Source of the DNA: Tubiluchus corallicola
Lineage: Eukaryota > Animalia > Priapulida
Direction: 5' to 3'
DNA: 64,000 nucleotides
Assembly: GCA_030141605.1 (NCBI GenBank)
Contig: JAQGDQ010000503.1
Location: 96,978-160,977, forward strand
Shown: piece after piece, positions 25,750 through 39,128 of the stretch
Position numbering within the stretch: the stretch's first letter is position 1
Layout of the letters: the number at the start of each line of letters is the position of its first letter
Translations under genes and position numbers: made by a program
The notes under the pieces: model-generated
Told to the model about the DNA's origin: nothing
The model's input: only the letters and a program-made list of their open reading frames with translations
The model's database searches: none

Positions 25750-26399
25750 TGTGCCGTTTTGGTGGTGAGCAAAGGGCAGAAAAATGGCGAAACAATGTTC
25801 GTCTCGTCCATAAACAATACCAACCTCGTTCCCAGCAGGGTTGCCAGTATGGCATTTTCTTCCAGATCCAAAACCGAAATGCTGCTAGTAGAGTAGTAGT
25901 AAAATCTTTATTTGCCATTTTAAAACATTGACCATCATATTAAAAGACAGACAATCAGTGTTAGTTCATATAAAAAACATACACTGTTCTGGGCAAATGC
26001 GTCTGGTGCAAGCTAAACTATAAGTGCAACTAGAAATTCAAAAATAAAATATAAACTAGTTTTGCAAGGTCTAGGAAAAAGGAAATTATGATTTGAGTAA
26101 GTATCATCGTGTTCGTATGTCGGATATTCAAAACGAGTCATTAAATGTTTTTTTTAATTTAGACTTGAATATTGATAAAGAGCTGCTGTGTTTTAGTGAT
26201 GTCGGTAATGAATTCCTAGGTTGTATTGCTTGCTTAGTTATGGAATTCTTTCCACATTGGTTGTTCGTTTTAACATCATTAGAATGTACATCGTTCTATT
26301 AGTTATTTAGAATGTACATCGTTCTATTAGTTATACAGAAGTAAAATTGATTCAAAGTCCAAAATTCTGAATAGGTTACAATTCAATTACATTTACATG

Positions 26400-26640
26400 C
26401 ATAGCAAATGTTTAGTAGACCTTGTGTAGTTCTGCAACAATTTTAGGAGAATTCCACTCATGAGTTATGTGCTGATAATAACAAAGCTGATTCAATGATG
26501 GTGTTTTGTGTATGTCATAGTTTGAACACTCACAAAAATAATGGCGGGGGCTCTCAGTCGAACTGTTGCAGCTACAAGAGGGGTCATCGATGTATTCCTA
26601 GAAAACTTGTGAAAAATTGGCAATGAACATATTTGTTCAA
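26400..26640 (-). pseudogene. Probable LINE ORF2 C-terminal (CCHC-like) fragment; empty site of the nucleoprotein-like EVE
   Basis: Translates as EYIDDPSCSCNSSTESPRHYFCEC, similar to the C.C....ES..HYF..C tail of CR1/L2 ORF2. Mirrored at about 54330-54564. Confidence 0.45.
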
Positions 26641-26944
26641 ATCTGTTAAATTAAAACTATAAATAGCTGCCATACATAATTTGATGTTGAGTTTTAACAG
26701 CCTGTAAAACAGACGTTTTATACAGCAAATGTGCTGGCGGAAAGTATTATGGCAATACACACCTACATATGAACAAACGCACTCTCTCCCTATAACTTGC
26801 TAAATTTGGCTTAATTGTACACATGGATCTGCACTTATAAATTATTGTTGGTCTTCAAGACTGACAAATGTGTGTGTGCCCTAGACAAGCATACGTAACA
26901 CCACCATACACCAAGTGTGCCACACTACAGTACTCTATATTTAC

Positions 26945-29900
26945 AAGTTTCAGATTTTCCATCACTGAATTTCCTTAAGGCAACTAAGAAGTCGTATTCA
27001 TCCGGAATGAAGCGCCAATTTTCGCGCCAGATGAAGAACTTCCTACTGATATAGGAAAACAATTAAACTCCTTTTTGGTATCACCAATTTCCTGGCAAGC
27101 TGACTGTACAACAGAAAGTTTCCTAAAAAATTTTATTTCCAGCATGCCAGTGATTTTCTTACATCCTGCTATGTCTTCTTCGTTAGGTGTTCTCTTCAGT
27201 GGTTTACACTCTTTGTGCATCTCAGGTATGTACAATAAGTGGCCCACTGTTTCTTTATACTCGTCGTTCATTGTTATTACGTTCACTAAATTGTGTATAT
27301 CCAGTGCTGTCAGCCCTTTATTGTTTGGCTTTTCAAGGCAGACTCCATGCTAACATTGTGTAACGTCACTTCTTGTACCTGTGTGTGAATGCGCAGCTGC
27401 GTATAGTGGAATGTCACCTTCTTTATTACAAATGTCAAGACCACTTCCGTACAGCAGAGCTGTGTTGTCAAACTTACCATTTTTATTTATAAAATAATGT
27501 AGGCTTAGCTCAGACCTCTCTATTGCAGCAATCGACTTATTGCTAGAGCCAGGAACTCCTAACAGATGTTGGAGTAAAACACGTAGTGTTTCTGTGCTTC
27601 CAACTTTAACTACAGCTATAAGAGCTGTCTGTTCATCCTTATTGCTAGAGCTGGGACTACAGCTATAAGAGCTGTCTGTTCGTCCTTTTATGCTAGAGCT
27701 GGGACTACAGCTATAAGAGCTGTCTGTTCATCCTTTTATGCTAGAGCTCTGACTACAGCTATAAGAGCTGTTTGTTCGTCCTTTTATGCTAGAGCTGGGA
27801 CTACAGCTATAAGAGCTGTCTGTTCGTCCTTTTATGCTAGAGCTGGGACTACAGCTATAAGAGCTCTCTGTTCATCCTTTTATGCTAGAGCTCTGACTAC
27901 AGCTATAAGAGCTCTCTGTTCACCCTTATTGCTAGAGCTGGGAACTCCTGACAAATGTTGCAGTAAAATGCATAGTGTTTCTGTGCTTCCACCTTTAATT
28001 AGCACCATGACAAAGTAATAATTCCAGCGTTTCATGATGCCCGTGTGCAGCTGCAGTCATTAGAGCTGTCACATCAAATGCATCACAACCATTACAATCA
28101 GTATTGCGGTCAAGAGCCAAGAGACATTCAACAGTAACATTGCCATGGGAAAAGTCTGTTTGTTATCCTTGTTGTTACATGATGTTAGAATGCAACTTCT
28201 CTGCCATAACAAGTTTATGGCTTGTTCATCTCTGTTACCAGCAGCAATCAAAGGTGCAGACCAGCCGTCTTTGGATTTGGCATTACAAATAGCACCAAAA
28301 GCCAGAAGAATCAATATGGTTGCATAATTGCTAGCACGTGTAGCATACATAAGAGGCGTCCATGTATCTTTATTACTGACATTACAGTCAGCATTACTTC
28401 TAAGCAGCAATTTAAGTCAGCAACACCAGCGACTTAACTCCTTCCCTACATTCGAGTCTCCCTTCTTAGCTGCCCAGATAAGAGCAGTCTGTCCAAGCCT
28501 GTCACTGACATTACAATCAGCTCCATTAGCTAGTAAGAGCTGAACTACATTCAAATGTCCTTTATAAGCTGCTAGCATCAGAGCAGTTTGTCCATACTTG
28601 TCACAGACATTACAATCAGCTTCACTAGCTACTAAGAACTGAACTACATTCACATGTCCTTTAAAAGTTGCTTTCATGACAGGAGTCCATCCATTGTTGT
28701 CACTTACATTACAATCAGCTCCACTAGCTAATAAGCTCTATAAGCTACTAGCATCAGAACAGTTTGTCCATGCTTCTCACAGACATTACAATCACCTCCA
28801 CTAGCTAGTAAGAGCTGAACTACATTCAAATGTCCTTTATAAGCTGCTAGCATCAGAGCAGTTTGTCCATACTTGTTACAGACATTACAATCATACAATC
28901 AGCTCCACCAGCTAGTAAGAGATGAACTACATTCAAATGTCCTTTATAAGCTGCTAGCATCAGAGCAGTCTGTCCATACTTGTCACAGACATTACAATCA
29001 TACAATCTGCTCCACTAGCTACTAAGAGCTGAACTACATTCACATGTCCTTTATAAGCTGCTAGCATCAGAGCAGTTTGTCCATACTTGTCGCAGACATT
29101 ACAATCATACAATCTGCTCCACTAGCTACTAAGAGCTGAACTACATTCACGTGTCCTTTATAAGCTGCTTTCATAAGAGTCGTCCATCCATCATAATCAG
29201 CTCTACTAGCTAGTAAGAGCTGAACTACATCCACATGTCCATTGTAAGCTGCTTTCATGGCAGGTGTCCATCCATTGTTGTCACTTATGTTACAATCAGC
29301 TTCACTAGCTACTAAGAGCTGAACTACATTCAAATGTCCTTTATAAACTGCTAGCATCAGAGGAGTTTTTCCATACTTGTCACAGACATTACAATCATAC
29401 AATCACCTCCACTAGCTAGTAAGAGCTGAACTACATTCACATGTCCCTTATAAGCTGCTAGCATCAGAGCAGTTTGTCCATACTTGTCACAGACATTACA
29501 ATCATACAATCAGCTCCACTAGCTAGTAAGAGCTGAACTACATTCACATGTCCTTTATAAGCTGCTAGCATCAGAGCAGTTTGTCCGTACTTGTCACAGA
29601 CATTACAATCATACAATCAGCTCCACTAGCTAGTAAGAGCTGAACTACATTCAAATGTCCTTTATAAGCTGCTAGCATCAGAGCAGTTTGTCCATACTTG
29701 TCACAGACATTACAATCATACAATCACCTCCACTAGCTAGTAAGAGCTGAACTACATTCACATGTCCTTTATAAGCTGCTAGCATCAGAGCAGTTTGTCC
29801 GTACTTGTCACAGACATTACAATCATACAATCACCTCCACTAGCTAGTAAGAGCTGAACTACATTCACATGTCCTTTATAAGCTGCTAGCATCAGAGCAG

Positions 29901-30190
29901 TTTGTCCGTACTTGTCACAGACATTACAATCATACAATCAGCTCCACTAGCTAGTAAGAGCTGAACTACATTCAAATGTCCTTTATAAGCTGCTAGCATC
30001 AGAGCAGTTTGTCCATACTTGTCACAGACATTACAATCATACAATCACCTCCACTAGCTAGTAAGAGCTGAACTACATTCACATGTCCCTTATAAGCTGC
30101 TAGCATCAGAGCAGTTTGTCCATACTTGTCACAGACATTACAATCATACAATCAGCTCCACTAGCTAGTAAGATCTGAACTACATTCAAG
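26945..30190 (-). pseudogene. Ankyrin-repeat plus cGAS-like/Mab-21 nucleotidyltransferase (cGLR-like) pseudogene, left copy
   Basis: Many ankyrin units ([29 protein letters not shown]), then FPISVGSSSSGAKIG-[frameshift]-PDEYDFLVAL at about 26975-27060, which is the GS...[DE]h[DE]h NTase motif. Multiple stops and frameshifts. Confidence 0.75.
27608..27942. repeat. 48-bp tandem repeat derived from half an ankyrin unit (about 7 copies; about 14 at 52645-53360)
   Basis: Unit ACTACAGCTATAAGAGCTGTCTGTTCGTCCTTTTATGCTAGAGCTGGG. On the ankyrin strand it reads KDEQTALIAVV. Confidence 0.85.
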
Positions 30191-31316
30191 TGTCATTTAT
30201 TTGTTACAGTAAAGTACGTATAACTCAAAATTGTTACATTAAAGTAAAGTATTTGTTACTATCTTACGCTGATATTAAATGTTTTAAGATTACACATAGA
30301 CAAGTTAATCTCTGTACAAATATCGCTATAGCTTCTAGGTGGAAACCATGACATTTTTAATACATATAGGACAGTAGGATCAGAGCGATATATTATGTAT
30401 GCATTTGTAATCACCCTTAATTACGACTGCTAAATATGTTTTGATTCACTAAGAAAACTCAACTGTTTTACAAAAACATGCAATAGTGTTTGAAACAAAG
30501 CATAATTGAAGCAAAGTAAATCTGAGTTTTTTTAAGCAAAGTAAAGCAACATGGGCTGGCTTTGCAATATATCGGTAAACTGACTTTCGAAGGTGCTGAA
30601 AATTGACTCAAGACTGTGTAGAAAAAGCGTTCTAACAAAACTAACTCGTAATATCCATCATTGCACATGCATTAAAAATAGTAATACACAATCGTGCAGC
30701 ACGGTTTCTTTTTTTCGACAGCAAATTCTCCAAGACCCCTACTGTTAACACAGCAAAACACGACAGTTCCTTTCATAAGGTGTTTATTGCAGTCTTTATT
30801 TTCTAAAGGAGAAAAACAAAAGAATACATAAAATTTTCAGTAATGCAATTTGAACAAAACTACAGAAATTTGAACAAAAAAAAATTACACAGAAAATTGC
30901 TTTCTAATTAATAAACTTAGATTTACAAAAATCACTTACTTCGTTTGGCTAGAGAGCGCACACTGTTTATGGTTGAAGCATGACATTAAATTTCTCACAT
31001 AAAAATTGCATTATCCACATTACAAGTCTCTGCTATAACCAGTCAACTCTTTTGGCTCCCTCATGCGGGAAAAAAACAAATTATATGGGTAATTTGCCCA
31101 TAACACCTACCAAGGGTCATTAGAAGTTTTTTTATACCCTGTGTTCAACTGTTGGGTTATTTTTCTGTTTTGAGATCACAATTCAGAATCATTTCACTGT
31201 GTACAAGTATGCGCTGCACTGACTTGGTATTCGAGTGTCATTAAACCAACTGAGGATAGCCGGTATTGCATGAAAGAACAACAACAAAAATATTTAAATG
31301 TCCTTTTTTAGTTTAA

Positions 31317-34076
31317 CCTTTATCTTACCGCGTATACTTCTAGCTGTCCGTTTTATTCATTTTTACATGGATGTGTTCTATTAACATACCTATTGTATGT
31401 AACAAGTTTCAGGCAAATCCCTTCACGGGTTACGGAGATATGGAATGTTCCATTTATGGAACATTGGGAAGATCAGCACGTATTACTTACAAAAGGACAC
31501 ACTGAAGATTGATGCATGTTGCATTGCATTTTCGATGTTTATTTACAGCAATACATGACAACACAATGTATGTATACAACACATGATATTTCTTCATGTG
31601 CACGACTGAACATGCACATGCCTATCACACTGCATGTGCATATACACCTCGCCCTAGCGGCGGTGGTACACGATAAAGCAGTCCTTCTGCCTCTCACTGT
31701 GGAGCCGCACTCCGCACTTGTTGCACATTAGTTTCGTGTTTGTTTTACATACTTTACATCGTCCCTGAGTCGTTGTCACAGCCTGGTGATTTCGACCATC
31801 AAACCTCGCGTCGACTGGAAGGCCCATAGGCCCGTGACCTACGCCTCGAACAGCAAATGGTTCAGTGTCCGCTTTTAGTAGGCACAAAGCCACATTCCGC
31901 CGAAAGTCCAAATGAGTCATCACTGTCACGATGAAGGACACAGTAAAGCCGCCACGCTGCAACAATGGATACGTTCACTGCATTTAGGAAGAGTGGCCAG
32001 TACCACTTTTTTCCTCTGATCATTGGCCTGTACGATCCTAGAAGGCGATCAAATAGGTCCACTCTGCCCATACCCTGATTGTATGCATTGACAAGGTGAG
32101 GCTGGGCAACGTCCTTCTCTCCCCCTTTTGTTCTCCTTTTCACCTGGTGAATCGGAAGATGGGTTTGATAGTTGCTAGCTACCGCTACAACTGAATTGTC
32201 GGTCCACATTGTTACGTAGACATTGCCATCAAATGTGTAATCAAATGTGCCCCTATCCTTCTTGGCAAGTTCTTTCTTGGAAATCATAGATTTCGAAGCA
32301 CCACGTGTTCTGTTTTCTTGGACAGTTCCTGTTGCTTTCAAGTTTGCCGCATACAAATCACTCAACAGATCATACGAAGTAAAAAAATTATCAAAGAACA
32401 GTTCGTGGCGGTGAACGTCCGAGTTTTCCGAAATAACCTTCACCATATTCTGTACAACTCGAGTTCCTAACGGGATGTCACGATCTGCACCCTCTTCCTT
32501 CCCTTGGTACAGTCGCATTGCATATGGGTAGCCGTCAGCACCGCAGAAACACCATATTTTGTACCCAAATCTAATGGGCTTTCGTTTTATGTACATCTTG
32601 CCCCCGTGTCGCCCGAAATAAGGCACCATGCTTTCGTCTACGCTCAAAAGATTGTGGAACACACCAAACCGAACAATGTTGGCATTGAGAACGTCATATA
32701 ACGGCATTACTTTTGCGAACTTATTTCCACGAGCAAGGTTCTGATTATCGGCGAAGTGAATATACCTTTTTATTTCCTGAAACCTGTTTCTGCTCATTGC
32801 GTTGGAAATGACTGGAACTCCCAAATCAGGCTGTGTTGACCAGTAGTGGTGTTCTTCAGGAAGACTGTGGTAACCCGACACAACTAGACATCCGATGAAC
32901 CGTCATACTTCTGACTTTGTGACTGTAAAGCTGGGCTTGTTTTTATCCCGACGTGCGTAGAGTAGTGTCTGCTCAACAACATCATTCATCAAATTGTCGG
33001 AAAAGATTTCTCTCCACAACTCGTATGGAGTCTCGCCTTCCAATGCATTCAGTTCATGAGACAACGTGATATCAGCAGTGGATAATATCTTGTCGAAGTC
33101 AGTCTTCTTTCTCCAATTTGGAAGTTGTCTTCGTTCTCCACGACGGGCGGATTTACTTGGTGGTTCTTCATTCTCGACTACATCGTCATCCGCTTCCTCC
33201 TCCACTTCCATCTCTCCCGCCGGCTCGAAGTCAACATCTTCTTGGCTGTCCTCCAAATCACTGTCTTGATCAGCTTCGTCTCCTGCGGCGGGAGGAAGCA
33301 GGACCACATTGACTGGGTGTTCACTCTGTTCCAGTGTGTCGCGTGCCTCCGCTAGAGTACGAACACGTGAGGACTTTCTCCCGTAGAAGAACGTGGTATC
33401 GATAACCTAGAAAAATTTGGTCGAGCTCTATTTAGGTCAACTTACAACACACTATGCTAATAACGTAACACGCTAAATTAGATAAATTACAATTTACATT
33501 GACTACAATAGCTAGAACAATAGCAAAAATACGTGTTTTGTAACGCTGGTATCCACAAAATGTTGTGTTTCACTCAACTTGTTAGGAAAGTATCAAGAAC
33601 AATGGCAGTGAGCGCTACGCTACTTGGCAATAAGCTGCACACTGTAAGCATGACTGTGGGGAGCCACGCTCCACTGTACACTGCAACCTAAAACGTGCTG
33701 ATCCTACCAATGTTCCATAAATGGAACATCAAAATATTACAGTATTTTTTTAGTACTTAGCAACCGAATGTACGATCTGTTATATTGCCAATCAATACCT
33801 TGGAGTGTAAGCTTTTAGGCAGTGCAGCCAATTTCCACTGAAGTTCACTCTGCACTTTTTCAGGCCAATTTGAAATTGCGCGGTCAAATTTCGTATTTTT
33901 AGGCCTTAGTTGGGCAACCATGAAAAATTTGAATCTCAATATAAAAAGTTCAGTTTCCCAACAAAGTAAGAAACATGTCAGGACATCACGATAGAGGTAG
34001 AATTGCCTCGATAAATTAAGCATGTGAGCTGCGATGGCGCCATAAAAAGTATGTTCCATTTATGGTAAGATAAAGG
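31317..34076 (-). mobile_element. Near full-length piggyBac transposon (PGBD3-like transposase, frameshifted)
   Basis: TTAA TSDs at 31313-31316 and 34077-34080 and 13-bp TIRs CCTTTATCTTACC. Transposase motifs SVDESMVPYFGRH, KPIRFGYKIW, FFDNFFTS, YNQGMG.VDLFD and a C-terminal Cys-rich finger are split across ORFs 32903..33307, 31862..32881 and 31654..31965. Confidence 0.95.
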
Positions 34077-34109
34077 TTAAGAAGCTTTATTAAGTTTTTA
34101 TAATAATTT

Positions 34110-34585
34110 TGTGAAAGTTATTTATGAAGTTGAAATTGAACACTTGTAGAAAACAACTAAACACAAGATTACATGTTTGCACAAAACTAAACACTTTTAT
34201 TGCACTAAATACACAGTAAAATGCACAAGTAAAATGAAGATCACAACTGCTGCACAGCACTGAGTGTGTGACAGAGAGACAGTGTGTCCCATGAGTTGCA
34301 CGACTGCACTGCCTGAGACAGAGAGACAGTGTGTCCCATGAGTTGCACGACTGCACTGCCTGAGACAGAGAGTGACTAGCAGTGAAATCTAGCCAGTTTA
34401 TATAGGTAGAGAACTATGCAAAAACTTGGCTTCACATATCCCATTACAGTGAAATAGGGGAGATACAATGAGTTTGAATATTCACTGGACCGAACAATTG
34501 TACTAAGGGTGAGTTGAACTAGTAAATGTTAAAGTAACTAATCAATAGTTGGCAGCACCTAAAATATACAGTTACAACTTTCACA
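34110..34585 (-). mobile_element. Solo LTR with 5-bp TSD (AATTT), left copy
   Basis: TGTGAAAGTT...AACTTTCACA inverted termini with AATTT on both sides. Internal TATATAAA and AATAAA on the minus strand. Confidence 0.85.
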
Positions 34586-34599
34586 AATTTCAAATACAA

Positions 34600-37500
34600 T
34601 TAATAACATGCAATATAGCCCTCTTCAGCTGATAAGTTATATATAACTCCATATAATATTGCCTATATGACTATTTCTGTTTTATGATTTTCTGCTTTTC
34701 CGCTGTAGTTACTATTATGATTAGATGGCCAGCAGAAATTTCCCAAATTAATGAAAGTAGCGTTAAGAGCATTTGCAATGTCTTTAGTTTACTTTATTAC
34801 TTTATTGTCAATTATAAGTTCCGTGATATGGGTTCGCTTGTTTGTATATCTGTTAATGACATTATTAATTATTTCCCATTTATCTTTAGAAGAGGTTGCC
34901 TTATTACATTTTTGCTGTATATATTTGTTTTTTAAAGATTTGTTTAGATTATTAAATGCATTTCTCGCTTTTTTATAATTATGTTTAGATTTGGTAGTTG
35001 TCCACAATTTATTTAAGTGTTGTTTCGTTGTTCTTAGTAAATCCAGTTCTTGAGTAGTCCATGGACTTTTAGTATTTCGCTTACGTTCGGGTTGAGCAAA
35101 AGTTTTTATACGTTTATAGGGGGCGTGCAAATTAAGACAGTATTCAATATTATTTGTAATAAGTTCAACTTGGGCATCAATATTAGTAGTGTAATAGATT
35201 TCTTTCCAACTCATTTTAGCTAAATCGTCAAGAAAATATGTCTCATTGAATTAGTAGTGTCTTATGAGTTTGTATGATGGATTAGAGTCAAAATTTGATG
35301 AGGGGGATTTTTGACCCGCTATAATAACAAAATTGTGATCAGAATAATCACAAGGGCAGCTGTCGTAGGACAGACAAATTTTGTATTGTCATTTGAGATG
35401 AAGTGGTCAATTAATGTAGATGATGTTTTAGATATTCTTGTCGGTTACATTTAGACAGAATTTATTTAATAGTTCAATGTATTGTTTGCATTCAGGACTT
35501 TTGGTATTATTAATGTCAATGTTAAAATCTCCCATTATAAGGATACGCTTGTTTTCGAAAACAGCTCGTCAAACTTCTACCGAAAAATGTTTTAGGAAGG
35601 TTTTATATATTTGATTTGGGGACCGGTAAATAATTCCAACTAGGTAATCTTCTATGTTGTACCATAAAGTTTCGATTTTATTAGTTCTTATGCCTTTTGC
35701 TTCAGTTGATTTGAAATGTGCTGGGATGTAAATTGCTACCCCTCCTCCGTTTCTCGAATTGCATCTGTCTTTTCGCATTAGGATGTGCTTAGGTAATTGT
35801 AAAGATTTGCTTGATATTTTTTTGTTCAACCAAGTTTCGGTGATAACAATTACTAGGTTTTCCGATGCGTGTACATTATCTTTGAGAAGCCAGTGTTTTT
35901 TTTTGTTAAACTTTGAATATTAATATTAAGAAATTTTATATTTTTCTTGAATTTATTAATAAAATTGTTTATTTCCAGAGTTAAATTATTGTGTGTGTTG
36001 CTGCTGCTGTTAATGTTGTTGTTAATGGGCTTGGGTTTGACTCTATACAACCTATAATGAGTAATATACTTAAAATAATTAATTTGAAAGCCATTTAAGC
36101 ATGTTTTGCACAAGCAGCAATGCAGCATTGAACGCATTTGCCTTTTCAGGAAATACACAGAGTTAAAAATATTTTTTACAAGTGGTTGAGCGTCATAATT
36201 AAAGTTGAAATTATTAAAATCAGACCAATTTTTAAGTTTAAAACTATGATAATTCTTAATTATTACAGGTAAGTTGGTGTTGCCATTGTACAGCTGTAAG
36301 ATGCATATCGAAGCAATAAATAAAATTTTATGGGAATTACATTTAGCTTTTACACATATGAATTTTTTTGAAATATAAATTAAGATCTGTATTACAGTAC
36401 TTATTAAGTCAAGACTATAAAGCAGAAAATCAGGATTAAGGCAACATGGGTCCACTAGTAAAATATATGAAGGTATTACGCTTAAATTTATCAGCACCAT
36501 AATTAGTTTACTATTGTGTGACTTAGAAAGAGTAACGTAAATTATGAGAGTTAGACTGATTGCCAATAGGCTAATGTTGACGATAGGCCTATAACATGCA
36601 CACATTTCATCATTAGTGCGTACATTATATGAAGTACAGGCGGCACTAAATAGTAGCATAAATAGCAAAAACGTTATTTTTAAACTGAACATAAAAACGT
36701 CAATACCAATGAAATTCAATCGGGAAACTCGTAATAAATTTGTTTGCTACAACGGGAGTTTCTTAGATACAATTTTAATTACAGAAAACTGTTTAAGAAC
36801 TTTTGCACAGCGTTGCTAATGAGCTCATTCAATTGTTCTTTCTTTTCAGCGTCACAATTTGATGCAGGCGAGCCAGTGGTTGGGGTGCTAATCTGTTTTG
36901 GTTGTTTGTGTAGGACCTGTGCGCATGTGCTATTGTGTTGTTTATTATTCACGAGTAGGTCTTGATCAGTGGTTTTGTTGTTTGTTGTAGTGTAACAATC
37001 CTGATCAGGTACGGGCGTTGGCAGCAAAGCTGGTCTTCTCAATGTTCGCTGTAGTATAAAATTATCATTCATTTCCTTGCTTTGTGTGATTGATGCTGTT
37101 TGTCCTATAATGGGCTTTACTGGCCTACTATTATACCGTTTAGGCGCAATCCACCTTTTATTGTCACTGGTCAAGCAGTGAGAAATTACCTGGGTTAATT
37201 TATCAACACCTGTTCTACTTAGGTGTAATCCATCCATTGCTATCAATTCATTATTAATCCATCATTATTAACGAAAAATTTTGCCACTTCGCTCAATATC
37301 AAGTCCTCATTACTGGTTAATTTATACAATTCGCTTTTCAATTGATATACGGTCTTATTAATGGTATCCGTAATTTGAATTTTTCCAAAAACATATTTGT
37401 TGTTAAATATCACAGGAATGTCACATATGAAAATGTTAGCTGGCGAAAAGACTTTCCTAATTTTACTTACGCAATATCTAAACCTTTCAATCGTTACAGC
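34600..37500 (-). mobile_element. CR1-group LINE, 3'-truncated: ORF1 with SGNH esterase motif and ORF2 APE endonuclease (frameshifted), left copy
   Basis: DGLHLSRTG (esterase D-x-x-H). Endonuclease motifs LNINIQSL, ITETWL, RKDR...GGGVAIY, IYRSPN, MGDFNIDI, TLIDHF, SDHNF, then the PW.T.E linker. No RT domain. Confidence 0.85.
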
Positions 37501-37501
37501 C

Positions 37502-37572
37502 GTAGTAGTAGTAGTAGTAGCAGTAGTAGTAGCAGTAGTAGTAGCAGTAGTAGTAGTAGCAGTAGTAGTAGT

Positions 37573-37602
<30 letters not shown>
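37502..37602. repeat. Compound (TAG)n/(CAG)n microsatellite (mirrored at about 44522-44623)
   Basis: Visible directly. Confidence 0.95.
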
Positions 37603-37604
<2 letters not shown>

Positions 37605-39128
37605 TACGACCACGAGAAATTTTTGATCAGTCTTCGATTTTCTGAAGCTTCACAACCAGCAGAATGGGGGCATTTGATTGGCTACTGTATTTAAGCACCA
37701 GTACCACTAAACATCGTCGATAGAATGGATGGGTGAGCAGTGGAAAACTGCTTCTGACTGTTTAAACACTATTTATCTTGCAGAGTAACAGAGTACAGAC
37801 ATATGAATAAAAAATTATCCTATAAAATTTTATATTATTAATATTAATGCCTTTGCTCCACAAGGGAGTTATTTTTTTTCCAATTTTGGATGTGTCCATG
37901 AGTTTAACAAATATATGGTTTTGATTGAGAAGGGTCCAGAAAAGAGTCCATTAAAAGAAAACTGTTGCATGTTCAAAAAAGCTGGATGCACAAAAAGAAA
38001 CAGGAAATCGGCAGAAAAATTCTACCGCAGGTGGCGCTTCAGTGCCACGTGAGTTAATTTGCATGAGGAAAATTTGTATGGAAACCGATAGAAGCAAATA
38101 AAATCGGAAATTATAATTCACCTGGCGCCATCTATGATGTAGCATAGCAATCGTTTTCATTGCATCAGCAAATAACTGTCTTGTTCCTAAAGACTGCATG
38201 TGTCCTAAACCAAGAAATCATTAACATTTAGTTGCCTATTAGTTTTGTGAAAATTCAACACGTCATTTATGCCACAACATAGAACAACATTATGCAATTT
38301 AGTATGTGCATAGCTATCTATCACTTTTTCATCTAGATCTCTTCTCGCATTACACGCAGATTACAGCAGATCAGATTACAAGCAGATTCACCAATTTCGT
38401 TACTGCCCATTCTTTGAAGCCTCCTCCGGTGATTATGATTTTGCCAGTTCGAGATGACCTGTTTGATGTCAGGCATAGAAATCGTGAATTGCTGATTGCC
38501 ATTTGTTTGACTTTTATGGCAAGTAGCGGTTGGTTCTATCTGTGATATTTGAGAACATATTAATCTAACTTTGCTACAAGCAAGACAGTGGAGCAATTTA
38601 ACGTGGAGGCTTCACCTTGAATCTGTCACCAGCTTGTCTGCTGCAAACACCTCGCTGTTTCTGCAAGCTAAACATTTTTTGCAGTTCTCGCTGCTTTTCA
38701 CAAGGGAAACAAGGTGATCACCAGCTGCAGCTCATCAAACACTAGATGTCAGGTGTTCCGCGTGCCAACAAATGAAGCAACCGACCTTGCATGAATTTTT
38801 GTAATTTTTAGTGGTGATAATAAGATTTTGCGCGATTTTTTTTATTACGTCACTTATATAAATTAATATACTGAAATCAATGCACATAGGAATTTTGCAC
38901 TAATTGCTGGATATAAAAAAATATTAAATGAATAGCATTTGTGAAAGTCATGTTTAAAGTTGTAGATCACTCACTTTGTAGAACAAGAATAAAAAACTAT
39001 ACTGCATATTTGCACACAAAAGTGTTTATTAAACTACATACACATGAGTAAAATGACTGTTGACAGGCGAGCACGCAGATCTCGCATGGACGTATACTTA
39101 CACATTCTCTTGTATACTCACATTTGCA

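Larger units (their letters stand above)
19792..39059. repeat. Left arm of the giant imperfect inverted duplication
   Basis: Reverse-complement colinear with 43014-61010. Mirrored ORF pairs include 20311..21837(-)/59077..60491(+), 30468..30668(-)/50308..50508(+), 35569..35829(-)/46284..46544(+) and 37951..38199(-)/43926..44174(+). Confidence 0.97.

Noticed and set aside
35853-36719. Hydrophobic 288-aa ORF as an independent membrane protein or envelope gene
   Set aside because: It runs directly into the LINE endonuclease motif LNINIQSL, so it is best read as the N-terminal extension of ORF2.
37342-37645. Poly-Ser and poly-Val/Ala ORFs
   Set aside because: They are translations of the TAG/CAG microsatellite on the antisense strand of the LINE.
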